A stretch of 64,000 bases of DNA, from the NCBI RefSeq assembly GCF_009914755.1, contig NC_060926.1, one strand, 5' to 3'. Shown here in pieces: positions 29,757 through 43,679 of this stretch. The first letter of the stretch is position 1. Every line of letters starts with the position of its first letter. Source of the DNA: the human T2T-CHM13v2.0 reference genome, Homo sapiens. The position numbers and the translations under genes are program-made. The notes beneath the pieces are model-generated. The model was not told the origin of the DNA. It saw only the letters and a list, made by a program, of their open reading frames with translations, and did not search any database.

Positions 29757-30008
<252 letters not shown>

Positions 30009-30133
30009 TGAGAACCATGAACAAGCGCAAGGGCAGGGGAATGTACTGAAAGGAGCCTGCTCTTCCGCGCCACACTTCAATGGCACTGATAGAACACCAC
30101 ACCTTGTTTGCACAAAAAATAACTCAGCCATGA

Positions 30134-30364
<231 letters not shown>

Positions 30365-30536
30365 TGATTACAGGCTGCCATGACATTACCTGACCCTGAA
30401 ATGGGCCCTCGTGAGATTTGTGATCTTAATCCCACGGGGCAAGAGCACACGCTGTCGTTAGTTGCCTTCACCTTGTTGTATTTCTGCTGGATTTTATGGG
30501 AATCCACAGAAGGTAGACACTGAACTATGCTGGTAG

Positions 30537-30779
<243 letters not shown>

Positions 30780-31394
30780 TAGTTTCCCTCATCCTGTAAT
30801 AAGCTTGCACGAGCAAGGGTTCTGGAAGTGATTGATTGGTTTCAGTTCAGAACTTAAGCTCTTCTTAGCAAAGAAACAGTGAATCAAAAGGTGTCCCTGC
30901 AACCAGAACCCCAGGTCCCTGAGAGCTCCTCCCCCACCTGCCCCAGAGGAGACAGGAGCTCAGAGAGAGCAATTGAATCCTGCCTGCTGCAGCATATAAA
31001 GAGGAGAGAATTTCATCTTAAAGTGGTATTGTGCTTCTTATCTGCTCCCAATCCCAGAAATCCCAAACTCCAGATTCTTTGCATGTGAATAGACCATATC
31101 CCAACAAGGATTGCCAGCAAGGAGTAGAAGTGACAGAGAAAGGAACAGATCAGTGATCTTACCTTATACCCTTCCACTATCTGAATTGTTGAAAGAACCT
31201 AGATTGCTTTTCTAACCCACTGAAATAAGCAACCAAAGGCAAAGAAGTAATAATCCCAGCTGTGGAAATGATTTCACTTTTCTGCCCTGTTAATAAGAAA
31301 GGATCATGCTGGTAAGAAACGGAAGTTACTCTTAGCTGCATGAGTTTTCAAGTTTAACCTGGTTAATGTAACTTAGGGTGTTTAAGATAAGTGT

Positions 31395-31590
31395 TCTACT
31401 TAATAATAGTGTATTTCACACTTCAACATTGTTAAGAAAGTAAATTTCAAATGTACTCACCACAAAAAAATGATAACTATTTGAGGTGATGAATATGTTA
31501 ATTAGTTCAATTTAATTATTCCACATAGCAGTCATAAATCACAACATTACTTTGTACTCCAAAATATATGCCATTATAAATTGTAGACTT
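31395..31590 (+). mobile_element. L1MA-type 3' end fragment in the last intron
   Basis: ctcaccacaaaaaaatgataactatttgaggtgatg ... ttaattag motif. Confidence 0.7.
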
Positions 31591-31664
31591 ACAGTACTTT
31601 TTTTTTTAAAGACAAGAGTCCTGATCATTCTCAGTTGAAAGGTGTCTCATGACGCTAATGATGA

Positions 31665-31796
<132 letters not shown>

Positions 31797-31812
31797 CTGG
31801 ATTAGTGGATGC

Positions 31813-32412
31813 TGAAAGCATTCAGCAAATGGCACCCTAAAATATGCCGCTGGTTTGCCACTGACTTCAAAATGAGGTCACTTGGGCACAGCACATGCAG
31901 GGAGGGGCTTTTCTCTGAGCCTCCTTCATCTGCCCAAAGACAAATCCTCAAAAGGAAATTCAATCATCATGAATCACAACCCCAAGTATCTCATCAGCCA
32001 GGGAAGAGTAAGTGGGATCACAGGGAAGGATGTTGGCAGCGACACCATCCCATACAGGCTCTTACCTCTTCTCCTGAGGGCTGCTCCAGACAACATTTAT
32101 TACCCAGAAGACCTTTTGTCTGAAAACCAGCCAAGCTTTATTCAGGACACACTTCTTGCCTTCACTTTCCCACTTCCGTGGCCACCTCCATGCAGAAGCC
32201 CTAAGCCCACATTCTTTCGATAGCTCACGGTGGTGCATGAGTGTCCATCATCTGACTCTTCTCGGAGTCTCATATTTTGTGGGACTCCTGTGCAAACATA
32301 TGTTATTAAAATTTTTTTCCTCCTGTTTATCTGCTTTTGTCAATTTAATTCATTCATAGCTCAACCAAAGAACCTAGCAGGGTAGAGGGAAGCCATTTTT
32401 CACTCCCCTGCA
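31813..32412 (+). mobile_element. ERV1 solo LTR (MER34-like) forming the SP140 3' UTR
   Basis: Starts TGAAAGCATTCAG..CACCCTAAAATATGCC and ends ..TTTTCACTCCCCTGCA. Near-TSD ATGC/AAGC. Internal ATTAAA. Confidence 0.7.
32305..32310 (+). terminator. SP140: Likely SP140 polyadenylation signal (ATTAAA)
   Basis: First AATAAA/ATTAAA I found after the stop (~510 nt downstream), followed by T/GT-rich sequence. Confidence 0.7.
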
Positions 32413-32559
32413 AAGCTGTTGGCATCCTGGCACCATCTCCTCTTCTGGCCAGGTCTTTTCATCCCCAACTGCTGAGTGGTGGCTGCTAATTAATGCCAGT
32501 AGTCCCCAGAATATTACCCGGGGTCAAGTGGAACCAGCTTCACCTGGAAGTGACACCCC

Positions 32560-35530
32560 GTGGCCTGAGGCCAGCCCCCTTGCCTGAAAGCAGGACCAAA
32601 GGTATGGTGTGCGGCTACTCTGTGTTCCCAGGTATCAGGCTGGAGCTAGTCTCCAGCTGTGGCCACACCCTGGTTTAGCTTTTGGCCACACGATGCTGCT
32701 TCCCCTACTCCCTTCTGAGCGAACCCTCACCATCAATCTCTTGCTTAAGGGACTTCATCCCAGAATGTGCTTCTGGGGAATGCAACCTAAGGTAATGGCC
32801 CCAGGAAGCGAGCTCTGAGGACAGGATTCTGGAGTTGGATCACTGTCTAGCCCAATGGTGCTGGGCAGAATATGGATAGCCCCAGAAGTGCTATCACTGA
32901 GCAGTTGCCCAAATTTTCACCTGTAGTAAATTGGAAGAGCTGCAGGTCAAGAGGTAAAATAGCTGGTACAATTGTCTGGCATTTAAGAAGTGAGGAAAAG
33001 TAACTATAAGAAGTATGGGTTTTGGTGGCTATTGCTAAGTGCCATTAATGTCCTGAAAAGAGTAAATGACAGGTTTAGATCTAGTCGTTACCAGCCTAAG
33101 GAGAAGAGACCCTCATACACCTGCAGCTGGAAGGCAGACAGCAAGGAATGCCTATTACAGGCCTTTATTTTACAAAGAGTCAAACTTCAGAGAAGACTGA
33201 ATTCTAAGCTCAGGATGGTCTCTTATGCCAATGTCAAGGCCATGAAACTCAGCATGGGGCTATCTAGATAGAGGTACCTGAGAACTTTGACTCCAGATGC
33301 CCCCTGAACTCACTGGGCCTACAGAAAAATCCTCTTTCCCCTTGTTGGAAGAATGAGCTACCACCCCCACCCAACTCCCGATTTTTCTAGAAGGAAGACT
33401 GTGTAGAGACCGCTCAGGACAATGCAAGTGAACAGTCATGGGCAGGGCGGCAAAGTGAAGAGAGCGTTTATCCTCCGAAGGAGCTGTAGGACTGGCCAGC
33501 GTGCATCAGCAGGAGCAAGGAGATTGTGTCTGGGAGTGGATCCTGGTCCAGGAAGGGTGAAATGTGAAACCAGATACGTGAGAATTATTGACAAAAGGGC
33601 AAGCTTCGCTACCACAGAGTTTAACTAGCCTGGCATGGGCCAAAGGTGATGATTCTGATATACTCCTGGGTGGCTCCTAGAGACTTAGTATAAGCCATGG
33701 TACACATTAAATCAAGTGGAAGCAGAGATACCAGAACTACTGTGGCAGAGTCTGGAAAAGTGGGTCCCAAGGATAGAGAAGTTGGTGTGCTAGAATGACT
33801 CTGCACTCTACAACTGGAGAATCCATCCATCAGGTGACTGAGTTCCTCCTAAGGGGGACACTACTAATGTGTCTCAGACACTAACTAAAGGGAGAAGGAA
33901 TGCACTGCTGAGGGGGCAGCACATCCTTGAGAAGCTCAATGGTGGCTGCCCCCTGCAAGCTGGAATAATGCTAGGGATGTTTTATAGAACTGGATCCCCC
34001 AGTAGTGAGTAAAATGAAAGAGTTCCAGCATAACAGAGGCCAAGAGGCAGCATTTAACTGTGAGGGCAAGATAAAGTAATTTCCCTAAGGGGCATGAATG
34101 TTAGAGTGACAGCTGGAAGGCCTGGCCTGTAGGTATCTATGAAGACAGACATGCATGGATATGCTGTTCCTATAGGCAAGATAGATGGGCAGCTGACAAG
34201 GATATTGCTTTAGACATATAATCAAAAAAGATTGGACATCAATGAGCAGAATGCTGAGGTCAGCTCTCTAAAGGTGAAGTCTAGACCCCTTGCCCAGCTT
34301 CCAAACCTCAGCCAGTTCTCAATGGAATCCAGAACCCATGATGGAAATGAGAGCAGTTTCTCATAAGGAAGAACCTTGTAAATGTGCACATCACTGATTC
34401 CCTCAAGTTTTCACGGGAGGGCTCTATGGCCATTTATTCAAGTAACTCACATGCCGGGGAAAGGAAAATACACAGATCTTTCAAGGGATGTTGAGTACAA
34501 TGTCAGAGTTGATGCTAATCCCTGGGGACTCAAAGCCCTATCATAGCCCCTGTTAGAGTATGTGGAGATCAGGTAATGTCCATCTCACAATGGGCCCTCT
34601 GGATCCACAGAGCCACCCAGCAATCGTTTCCCCTCTTCCTGAATGTATAATCAGGATATACATTCATGCATACATCATAATACGTAGCAATTGGCTGACC
34701 CGGTTCCTTAACCTGGGCTTTCCTAAACTATGAAATAACAATGACTGTCTTAGGGAAGGCCAAGCAGAAGCCTCTGAAACTGAGGTTTCATGGTGAAAAC
34801 AAGTAAGTTAAAAGCAATATCACATTCTTGGGGAGTGATAGAGATTAGTGCCACCTACAAAGACCTGAAGGAGGCAGGGGTTGTTACCCCAGTTACACCT
34901 CCATTTTAATTCAGCAGTCTGCCCTCTGGTATCTCCTGGTGGTTCATGCTGCTAAATGGCTCCTAAAACTTAACCAAGGAGTAGCCCCAATTATAGTTGC
35001 TGTGTCAAATATGGTATCTTTATTATAATGGGTTAGCACAGCCTTAGCAAGTGATATGCAACTATTAATATGGAAATGCCACTTTTAAAGGATTCAGCAG
35101 GATGTAGGTTGAGAAGCAATTCACATTCTCAAGGATTGGACAACAGTATATCCTTACGGTCTTGCTCCAGGGCAATGTGAATCCTGCTCCGTGTTACAAT
35201 ATAGCCTTTCTGGAAACTCTGGAATACATTACATTCGTCCACTGGATTGATGACAGTATGTTCATGGGCCTGATAAGTGAGAAATATAGACTATTCTGAA
35301 TGACTTACTAAATCACAAACACTGCAGGTGGTGGGAGAGAAACGTTACAAAGATTCAGAGATATGCCATATAGGTAAGCTGTCAGGGGTTCAATGGTCTG
35401 GAGCATGTCAGTGTATCCCCTCCAAAGCTCCAAGCTATTGCAGCTCATACCTCCTACCACGAAGAAACTCAGAGCTTGGTGGGCCTCCTCAGGTTAGGAG
35501 AATCACCATGGTTGACATTCTGATGAATGT
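32560..35530 (+). mobile_element. Decayed ERV-L provirus remnant (LTR16-like LTR end ~32790 plus gag/pro/pol internal sequence)
   Basis: LTR end tgcttctggggaatgcaacctaag. RT relic peptides GQQYILTVLLQGNVN (~35138-35182) and ITFVHWIDDSM (~35228-35260), comparable with ERVL GQQYTFTVLPQGY and LVHYIDDIM. Confidence 0.75.
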
Positions 35531-35777
35531 GATTCTAGGCTTTGTAACGTGTGTGTGTTTGGGAGACAGGGAGTAGGGAGGCAGTGGGTATACCATCTTA
35601 ATAAATAAAAAATGCTTATCAACTTTTTTCACTTAATAACATACAATGGACATTGTCACATCAATAAATACAGCTCTACATCATCCGTGCCATACCTTTC
35701 CTTTTTTCATCCAAACTGAATTGTTATTGGCTAGTTAGTGATTTTTGGTCTTGTAAGCAATACTAACTTGTACTGAG

Positions 35778-36010
35778 AGGCAGCACAGGCTAGCATTTAA
35801 GAGCACAGACTCTGAATGTAGCCCGTGTAGGTAGAAGCCCAGCTCCTGCACATGTCTACTTGCTGGCAGTGTGTGCTTGGGCAAGCTATTCATCCTTCCC
35901 CTGCACTGCTTCATCTGTAAAATTGAGGTAACCCTCTGGATTATTGTGAGGATTAATAAGTTAATATTTATTATTCACTTAGAAAGTTTCTGGCCCTGCA
36001 TGCAATACAT
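35778..36010 (+). mobile_element. MIR SINE
   Basis: ttaagagcacagactctg ... ttgggcaag ... tcatctgtaaaat ... gtgaggattaa. Confidence 0.8.
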
Positions 36011-39000
36011 AAGTAATAAATAAACAAATCTAAGATGAACACAAACACCCTTGTATCAATTCAGGCTCTTTGCCATCAAGAGAGACCCAATTTATCTAGG
36101 TTAGGCAAAAAGGGACTTTGATGATGAAATACACAGTGCCTCACAGAAAGGGCTGGAAGGCAGGGGTACTGAGCTGGCAAATAGCCCTGGAAAAAGGCAG
36201 GAATCAGAGTGGTTCCAGGCATTGAGCGCCAGGAATGATGCAGCTGTGTCCTTAAGGATGTTAATAATTTTACTAATTTTTTTTTAAAAAAACACAAAAA
36301 ACAAAAACTCCTCACAATACTTCACTCAAGAGTCCAACTCCCACCACACAGCGTCTGGCTGGCCTGGCCTGCTCACGGGCCAGCATTGTGATGAACAGCT
36401 CCTCACTCCTGCACCCAGAAGGGAGAGCTCCTTCACCCAAAGGAACTGGGGACTGTTAGGAAAGGGGGATGGAGGAGGCTGGACAGCCAAGGAAATCACA
36501 GCTGACCAAGGGAACCCACCTGGGACACTCAAGGCCTGGACCACTGCTGTCTGATGGAGGAACAGGGGCAATTCCAGGCCAGTCAGAGAGGCCGCAGAGT
36601 TGGGGGGCTGCCAAGTTCCTTGGGTCCATGGGACCAGGTAACTGTTTCCCCATTGCCCTGTGCTGCGGAGGCAAAGGCTGAGTTGGTCACTGTTCTAGAG
36701 GGAAGGCAGTCTGCCTTACACCACTGGACAACCAAGAACAAGGATGGGAGCTATACCTGTCATGGTGTCAATCCAGTACACCTGCATTCAAAGAGATGCT
36801 GGATCCTGGGTGGGTTCCTACCCTCTGGGAGTGTGCTGTGTCCCTGGGAGCTGCCAGGACCCGGTGCTGTAATTGTCCTGAGCTGGGAGGTCATGAGCTC
36901 TCGGTAATGACCTCTCAGCTGGAATCTATCATGGTGAGTCCTGGGCATCAGCACACACCCTGCTCTGCTGAGCTGGGAGAAGCACATTCCACCAGGAAGA
37001 AGGGTAGATGGCCCTGGGAGGCTTCACAAAGCTCTGGAATTGGAGCCCAGGAACTAAAGTTGTCATGACTGTTTCCTGCGACACCAAACTCTCACATATG
37101 CCCAGTAGGGTGCCATTTATTCCCTAGTTAGATGCTCAGGGAAGTCAGAGCAGGAAGGAGGCAGAGGGAAGGACAGGGCCTGAATCCCTTGGAAAGAGGT
37201 GGCTGCTTCAGTAAGTCCCTGAAACAAGTACAGGATTCGATACCATCACTCAATCTCCTTCTGTAACAAAGACAAAAAATACACTTAGACTCCTCTGCAA
37301 GAGCTGATATGTCTCATCTATATAGATGATTTATAATTAACTCCAGTGAAATTCTAGAATGCCCATGCCTTTTCTCCAGGGGTATTATTTGTTTTCTTAT
37401 TTTGTTTACTGAAATAAGTCAACTCCTGTGAGCGCAAAAGTACAGAGTATGCGTAGTCCTGAGTTGTATATCTCATAACGAAGGTGCGCTTCCTGTTTGA
37501 TGCTATGTTTAGTGGTGTCTCTTCTCTTGGGTGGGCAGTGGGCCTGGGGGAGTCTCTCTAGAACTTCTGGTGCCCCCAGGAGCAGGCCTGAGTGTGGGAG
37601 GGGGGTAGGGCTGGGTCATTGCTTAGGAGTGAGGAGCAGGGAGTTCTGCTTCTGATATTTAGGAGGAAACTCCTGAGCATCAAGTCCTCTTGCAGAGGAC
37701 AGCTAGAAACTCTGGACGGTAGTCAAAAAACAATGGCTTGAGGCCTCTGTAAGGTAAATGAAACTCGAAGAGACACTTCCTGTTTTTTATTGCCTGTCCC
37801 TGAGAGCAACAACAGTTTTGTGTGGCACAACCAAAGCTTTGATAGAAAGCCTACCTTCTTTGTGGTTGGCCAAGCCATGGGGAAGAGCCCAGAGCAACCA
37901 GGCTTTCTAAGGAATGAAGGGAAAATCCCAGAAGGCAAAAAGCCACAGAAAAGAACTCAGATAATGTGTATGACCCTTCCCAAGTCTCTGGCTGATGCCT
38001 GGAGTGAAGTGAAATCAGTCTGAACATAGAGCAGAGCTTTGCCCACTGCAGACAAGAACTAGAGTGTGGCTTGAACCTAAACACAGAAATCACCTGCCAG
38101 AACAAAAGCTCTTCCTGTTCTGATCCAAGCTAGAGTTAGCAATTAGCTGCCAATGTAGTCACTCTAGATGCAGACTGGACACTGGGTGCTGCAGGTCAAT
38201 GTGACTAACCAGGTGCCTTCCCACCTTCTGCTATCACTTCTGTTCAGATTCCTCTGGGCTGGAATTTTTCATCTGACATGAAACCACCTCTTACTACCTT
38301 ACATCAACACCGAGATATTGCTCTCCTGAAATCTTCATTCACATTTTCCGCCGAACTCCATTTGTGTGTGACTGAAAGAGTCTACACCAGTTCACACAAG
38401 GACAGCACACTCTAGAGTTGTATAGTGTGGCCCCGCCAGCATTAAGCAGGAAACTAGGGTGTGGCCTGTTCAGGGAAGGGGGTTACTTCTCTACTGAGAC
38501 ATGTGGTTACATATTTAACCGCATCCTGCCAGAGCTGCCAGAAAGGTGGGTAGGACCACTTTCCATCTCCTGTTCACCTCATCCTCCAGAGGGTTCATCC
38601 ACAGTTGCCTGAGTCTGGGTGGGGAGGAGGATGCAGGACCTCAGCCTTGAGATCTCAGGACCTCGAGTCTTGGCCATATAATGATGTAGCCACCACTTCT
38701 GGCTCTCTCTCTGGTGTCTGTGTTCACTCCTCTGAGTCTCACAGAATGGGATTGTGCCCATGGCTGGTGCACTCTGCATGCCAGTGGACATGTCTGCTCT
38801 TAGATGGTTTTGTAACATCTGTGTCAGTACATGTGGCCCAGAGTGCTGTACAGGAGCTGGCTGGTGCTTTTTGTTTTGTGCTTATTCAGGAAATACAAGA
38901 AATAACTCCTGGGTTCCTGCATTGTGCCATTGTCTGAATGATAAATGGTAAATCCCAGCCCCACTTCCTCATGCTCCCCAGTGGGGAAGGACCCAATTTC

Positions 39001-39361
39001 CAATTCCAAATTCTTACAAGCACAGCTCAAGAATACCATTATTGTCATCACAGCTGAGCCTGGAATCCAGGCTCTGAGATAAATGCGAGCCCCTCACTTC
39101 CATAGCTCCACATTCAATGGGCTGAACATCCTCTAGAATTATTCATGAGAGAGGGTGTAATAGGCCATAGATGGTATGTGTTGGGAGTGCAGAGGGGTCT
39201 CCAATTCTCTCTGGAAAGGAGGGTGTCACCTACTAGACTGAGTCCACTGGCCATTCTCAACTGGCTAGTAGCTGCATAAGTGGATCTGTCAGGGAACTTA
39301 CCCTTTATTCCCCTATACATCAAGAAAATGGATCAGTAGCAGATGAGATGGATGAGTTTTC

Positions 39362-40100
<739 letters not shown>

Positions 40101-41479
40101 GATGGATGAGTTTTCAACTTCAATGTCATTGTTGTGGGAATCAGCACAACTGTGTCAGTATGTTGTCCAGAAAGACATTGGACCAGAAGGCCCTGGAGGC
40201 CACCTGCTCCCCAAAACTTGTTCCACTTGACAGTTTTACAGCCCACCTGGCCCTGACAACCTCATCCCAAGGTGAGACACAAGATTCCCAGCAAAGCCTG
40301 GTTCCCAGGGCCATTTCATGGCCTGGCCAGACCAGGTGGTCCTGTGCTAGTGGGCTGGGGCCCTATATGATGCCAACCTGTTCCCTGGGCACAGCATTTG
40401 TACCCATGAAAAGCACGTGCACCAGTTATGAGAAATGCACAGGGCTGTCCCACCAAGCTCCCACCGCTTGGCCCTGGTGAGAGCTCATTAGACTTTATTT
40501 TGGATTTCTCCTAGACCAGATCTGTTATGACTGACAGGCTAAAAAGACCCACCTCATCCTCAAAACAGGGTTTTCTCAGCCCTTGCTAGGCACAGGTGCC
40601 CTGGGAGAACCCCCCCTAGTGGTCCAGTCAGCTGTTTCCCACCCACATTTCCAGGAGGAGCACCTGTGGAAAGGCAGACTCCACCCCTTCCCTGCACATC
40701 TCCTCCAGACCATGGTTGGCAGATGGGCATTGGCCTTTGCTAGAACTGTACTTCCTGTCTCATAATCTCTAAATCTTCATGAAGCTACACTTTCCACCCC
40801 ACTCTTCCTTTGTTCAGCAACACTGAGGTCCTTGCCAGGTACCCTGTTCTTCATAGGAGCACCCACTTTCCAGCCCAAAGAAATGAAAGTTGCTGCCCAT
40901 GAGGTGCTGGTGGACACCATCTGGATGGTCCACGAGGTACTCTCCTTCTCTCACCACACATGCATCACCTGGCAGTCCTAAGATCTAGGATAGTCCAGGG
41001 ACCATTCCATTCCAGCTCACTGTGCTGAAACTAGTAGACACATGGAGGTTTGCAGAAATATTAGGAGTGAGGACTTGTTAAAAGGCTGCACATTTCGTTG
41101 AAGCCTTTGCTGCCTCCAGCCCCAGCCTCCAGGTTCTCTCCACTCCTGGTGGTGCCCAGCCCAGCATTGTTGGGACCCTGAAGCTCACAAGGAGACCTCA
41201 GTCCCACCACAGCTCAGAAGACATTCCTCCACCTTTCTGAGGGCAGGTTTGACCCCACAGCCTTAGTTCCACCCTTGTGGGGTGCATCCAACATGGAGCT
41301 GCCTGGTTCCAAATATCCGATGATAGCTGATATTTGTGCTAATGGGGACCCACTGGTGAACACAGGAAGATGCCATCAGGAATCTCCAGAATGTGAAACG
41401 TGGTGAACCTGTAGAGAGTCGTTCTTTTTCAGTCCAGCAGTTGGGGCTCAAAGGGAAGCTAAGACTCAGAGGAGCCCTG

Positions 41480-41901
41480 TGACAGAGCAGGAGCACCATC
41501 ATCTTGGACAAACACCACAATTTTAAGTTCACCTTAATTAAAAAGCCCCCTAAATCCAGCCCAAAAACATCAGCCTAATGGCTAATGTCAGCATAACCAG
41601 AAACATTCCAACCCTAAGATAAGCCACCCCCCTCCAACCAGAAACATGCCAACCCTGAGACAACCTCCCCTCCCACCAGAGACATTCCAACCCCACAATA
41701 AACCTTCTCTCACATGGAAACATTCCCAGCCTGCTATAAGCTCCCCACTTCCTAAACCCTTAGATACCCTTAGTCTGTAAGAGAAAATGCTCCTGACCAA
41801 AACTGACCAGAATCCCCTCTCAGGTTTATTCTCCAAAATAAACCTGTCTTTAACTGTTGAGCCACTTTTCATGTTTCTTTCCCCTTTCTTTAACTCTTAC
41901 A
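41480..41901 (+). mobile_element. Solo LTR (LTR19-like, HERV-F group)
   Basis: TG...CA with perfect 5-bp TSD CCCTG (41475-41479 / 41902-41906). TATA-like ctataa and AATAAA at ~41837. Confidence 0.85.
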
Positions 41902-43641
41902 CCCTGGGGGTAAAGGAAGGTGAAGCTCTTTCCCCTCATTCAGGGAGACTGGGTTTGGGGTGGGGGACATTGCCACACTTGTCTGGATGAAACGCACTAC
42001 ATGAAACCTCATGTCTTCTAATTCACTCCATACCACCCGCTTTTGCCATTTGCCCACTATTTTTGAATGTTTTCAACTGCTCAGCATCGAGTCACATCAG
42101 CGTGCCCTGCAAGGACTGCAGGAGTGTCCTGCAGGGCCTCAAGGTGCGGGGCAAGCTTGAGGGCTTCAGCCTTGGGGGAGGTCCAGAAGGCAGGGCCACC
42201 TTGGGGTTCCAGAAGGAAAGAAGTTCTCAGGGAAGAGGACAGGGACCAGGAGGAGTGAAGGGCAGAGTCCCCCGCCCCTCACGGGCTGAACAGAGGGCAG
42301 GCGGTGCCCTGGTGATGCTCGTGAGCTGCTGGATGGCAAAATGATCTCAGAATCCAGTCCTTACATGGGTTCGACTTTATTTAGAAGGAACTATGGCACT
42401 TCTACCACACATTTCGAAGTGTTTGGTGAGCTATAATCCCCAGTAGAGGAGGATTTTCAGCTTTATTTCCACCCAGCCCTTAGGAGGCTGCAGTGCCCTG
42501 CGTCACCAGGAGAGGGGGTGCAGGCCCAGTTGGGGGCGGAGCCTGGAGGAGCACGGGGTGGCCGCTTGGACGGGAACACGGGAGGCTGACATGGGGAATG
42601 GCGGTCACTGGCCCCTTGCTCGCTGCGCATGCTCACAGTGTGTCTGTGGCAGGCCTTGCTGGCTGGATGGCCTTGGGAAGGAGGCATGAGGTGGTTTCCA
42701 TGGGCCACCAGGAGCCTGTGGTGCTCGTCAGCACCATGGGACAGGGATCTGTGCATGTCCAGCTGCAGATACAACAGGGGCTCAGCTGAAGGACCCTGTG
42801 TGATGATGCGGACTCAGGGGTGGCCCTGGGCCAGTCTCTTTCCTCCTGGTGCTGCACAAGGACTGAGGGCATCCTCGGGGTTTCTCATGAATGGTCCCCA
42901 CCTTCAGAAGGTGGCCGGAGGGACTTCCTGTGTTGTTCAATGCTCCCCTTGTCTTTCTGACTCCCTACAATCCTTCACCCATAGCCTCTTCCTCCGCGCC
43001 AGGGTACTTCTTCCCATTCGCCCATTTTCCAACGATTCACCCCCTTCCAACAGCAATAATTACATTTCCACCTCCAACAATCCCACTGGCATCTTACAGT
43101 GTTGCAGGTTTGGGAGCCCAGTCACTGAGGCTGTGCTGAGCAGGGGACCCTGGTGAGTGGGCCAGGGAGGATCAGACCAGCCTGGTCTCACCCAACTTCC
43201 TAAAAGCTGAAATATTGCCACCAAATGCCCGCTGAGCCCAGGGGATAATTGCATCACAATCATGCAGTTGCAAGGAACTATGATCCCAGCCTCTACCCAT
43301 CTGGGGCACAGATAGAAGAGAACCTGAGAAGAGAGATGTGTACCCATGTGCTTGAAATCTTTAAGATATAGGCAAAATGAAGAAACAGATGGGGATCAAA
43401 ATACCAGCTTTATTCCTGATAAGAACTGGATTAGGAATGTGGCTTAGACATGTGGCAGTAAAGGGACCCCTAACACTAAACCCCAGAACTGGCTTATCCC
43501 CATGGCATCGAACCCTCCCTCATGCCATGCAGGCCCCTGTCCTTGTGCACTTGAGCTTGGAGGGGCCAACAGAGTCTTGGTCTCTGCAGGCAGGATGACT
43601 CCAGGGACACCCAGCAAGGAGCAGGCTCACTCCCACTCCTA

Positions 43642-43679
43642 GAGAAGAGTCCCCTAGAAGAGAAGAGTCCCCTAGAAGA
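43642..43679. repeat. 18-bp tandem duplication (AGAGAAGAGTCCCCTAGA x2)
   Basis: Seen directly. Confidence 0.85.

Noticed and set aside
36554-36907. 117-aa ORF with Ig-like snippets (VTVLEG..., DGSYTCHGVNP)
   Set aside because: The snippets are far too close for an Ig fold, the first Cys/Trp spacing is absent, and there is no convincing exon context. Probably chance.
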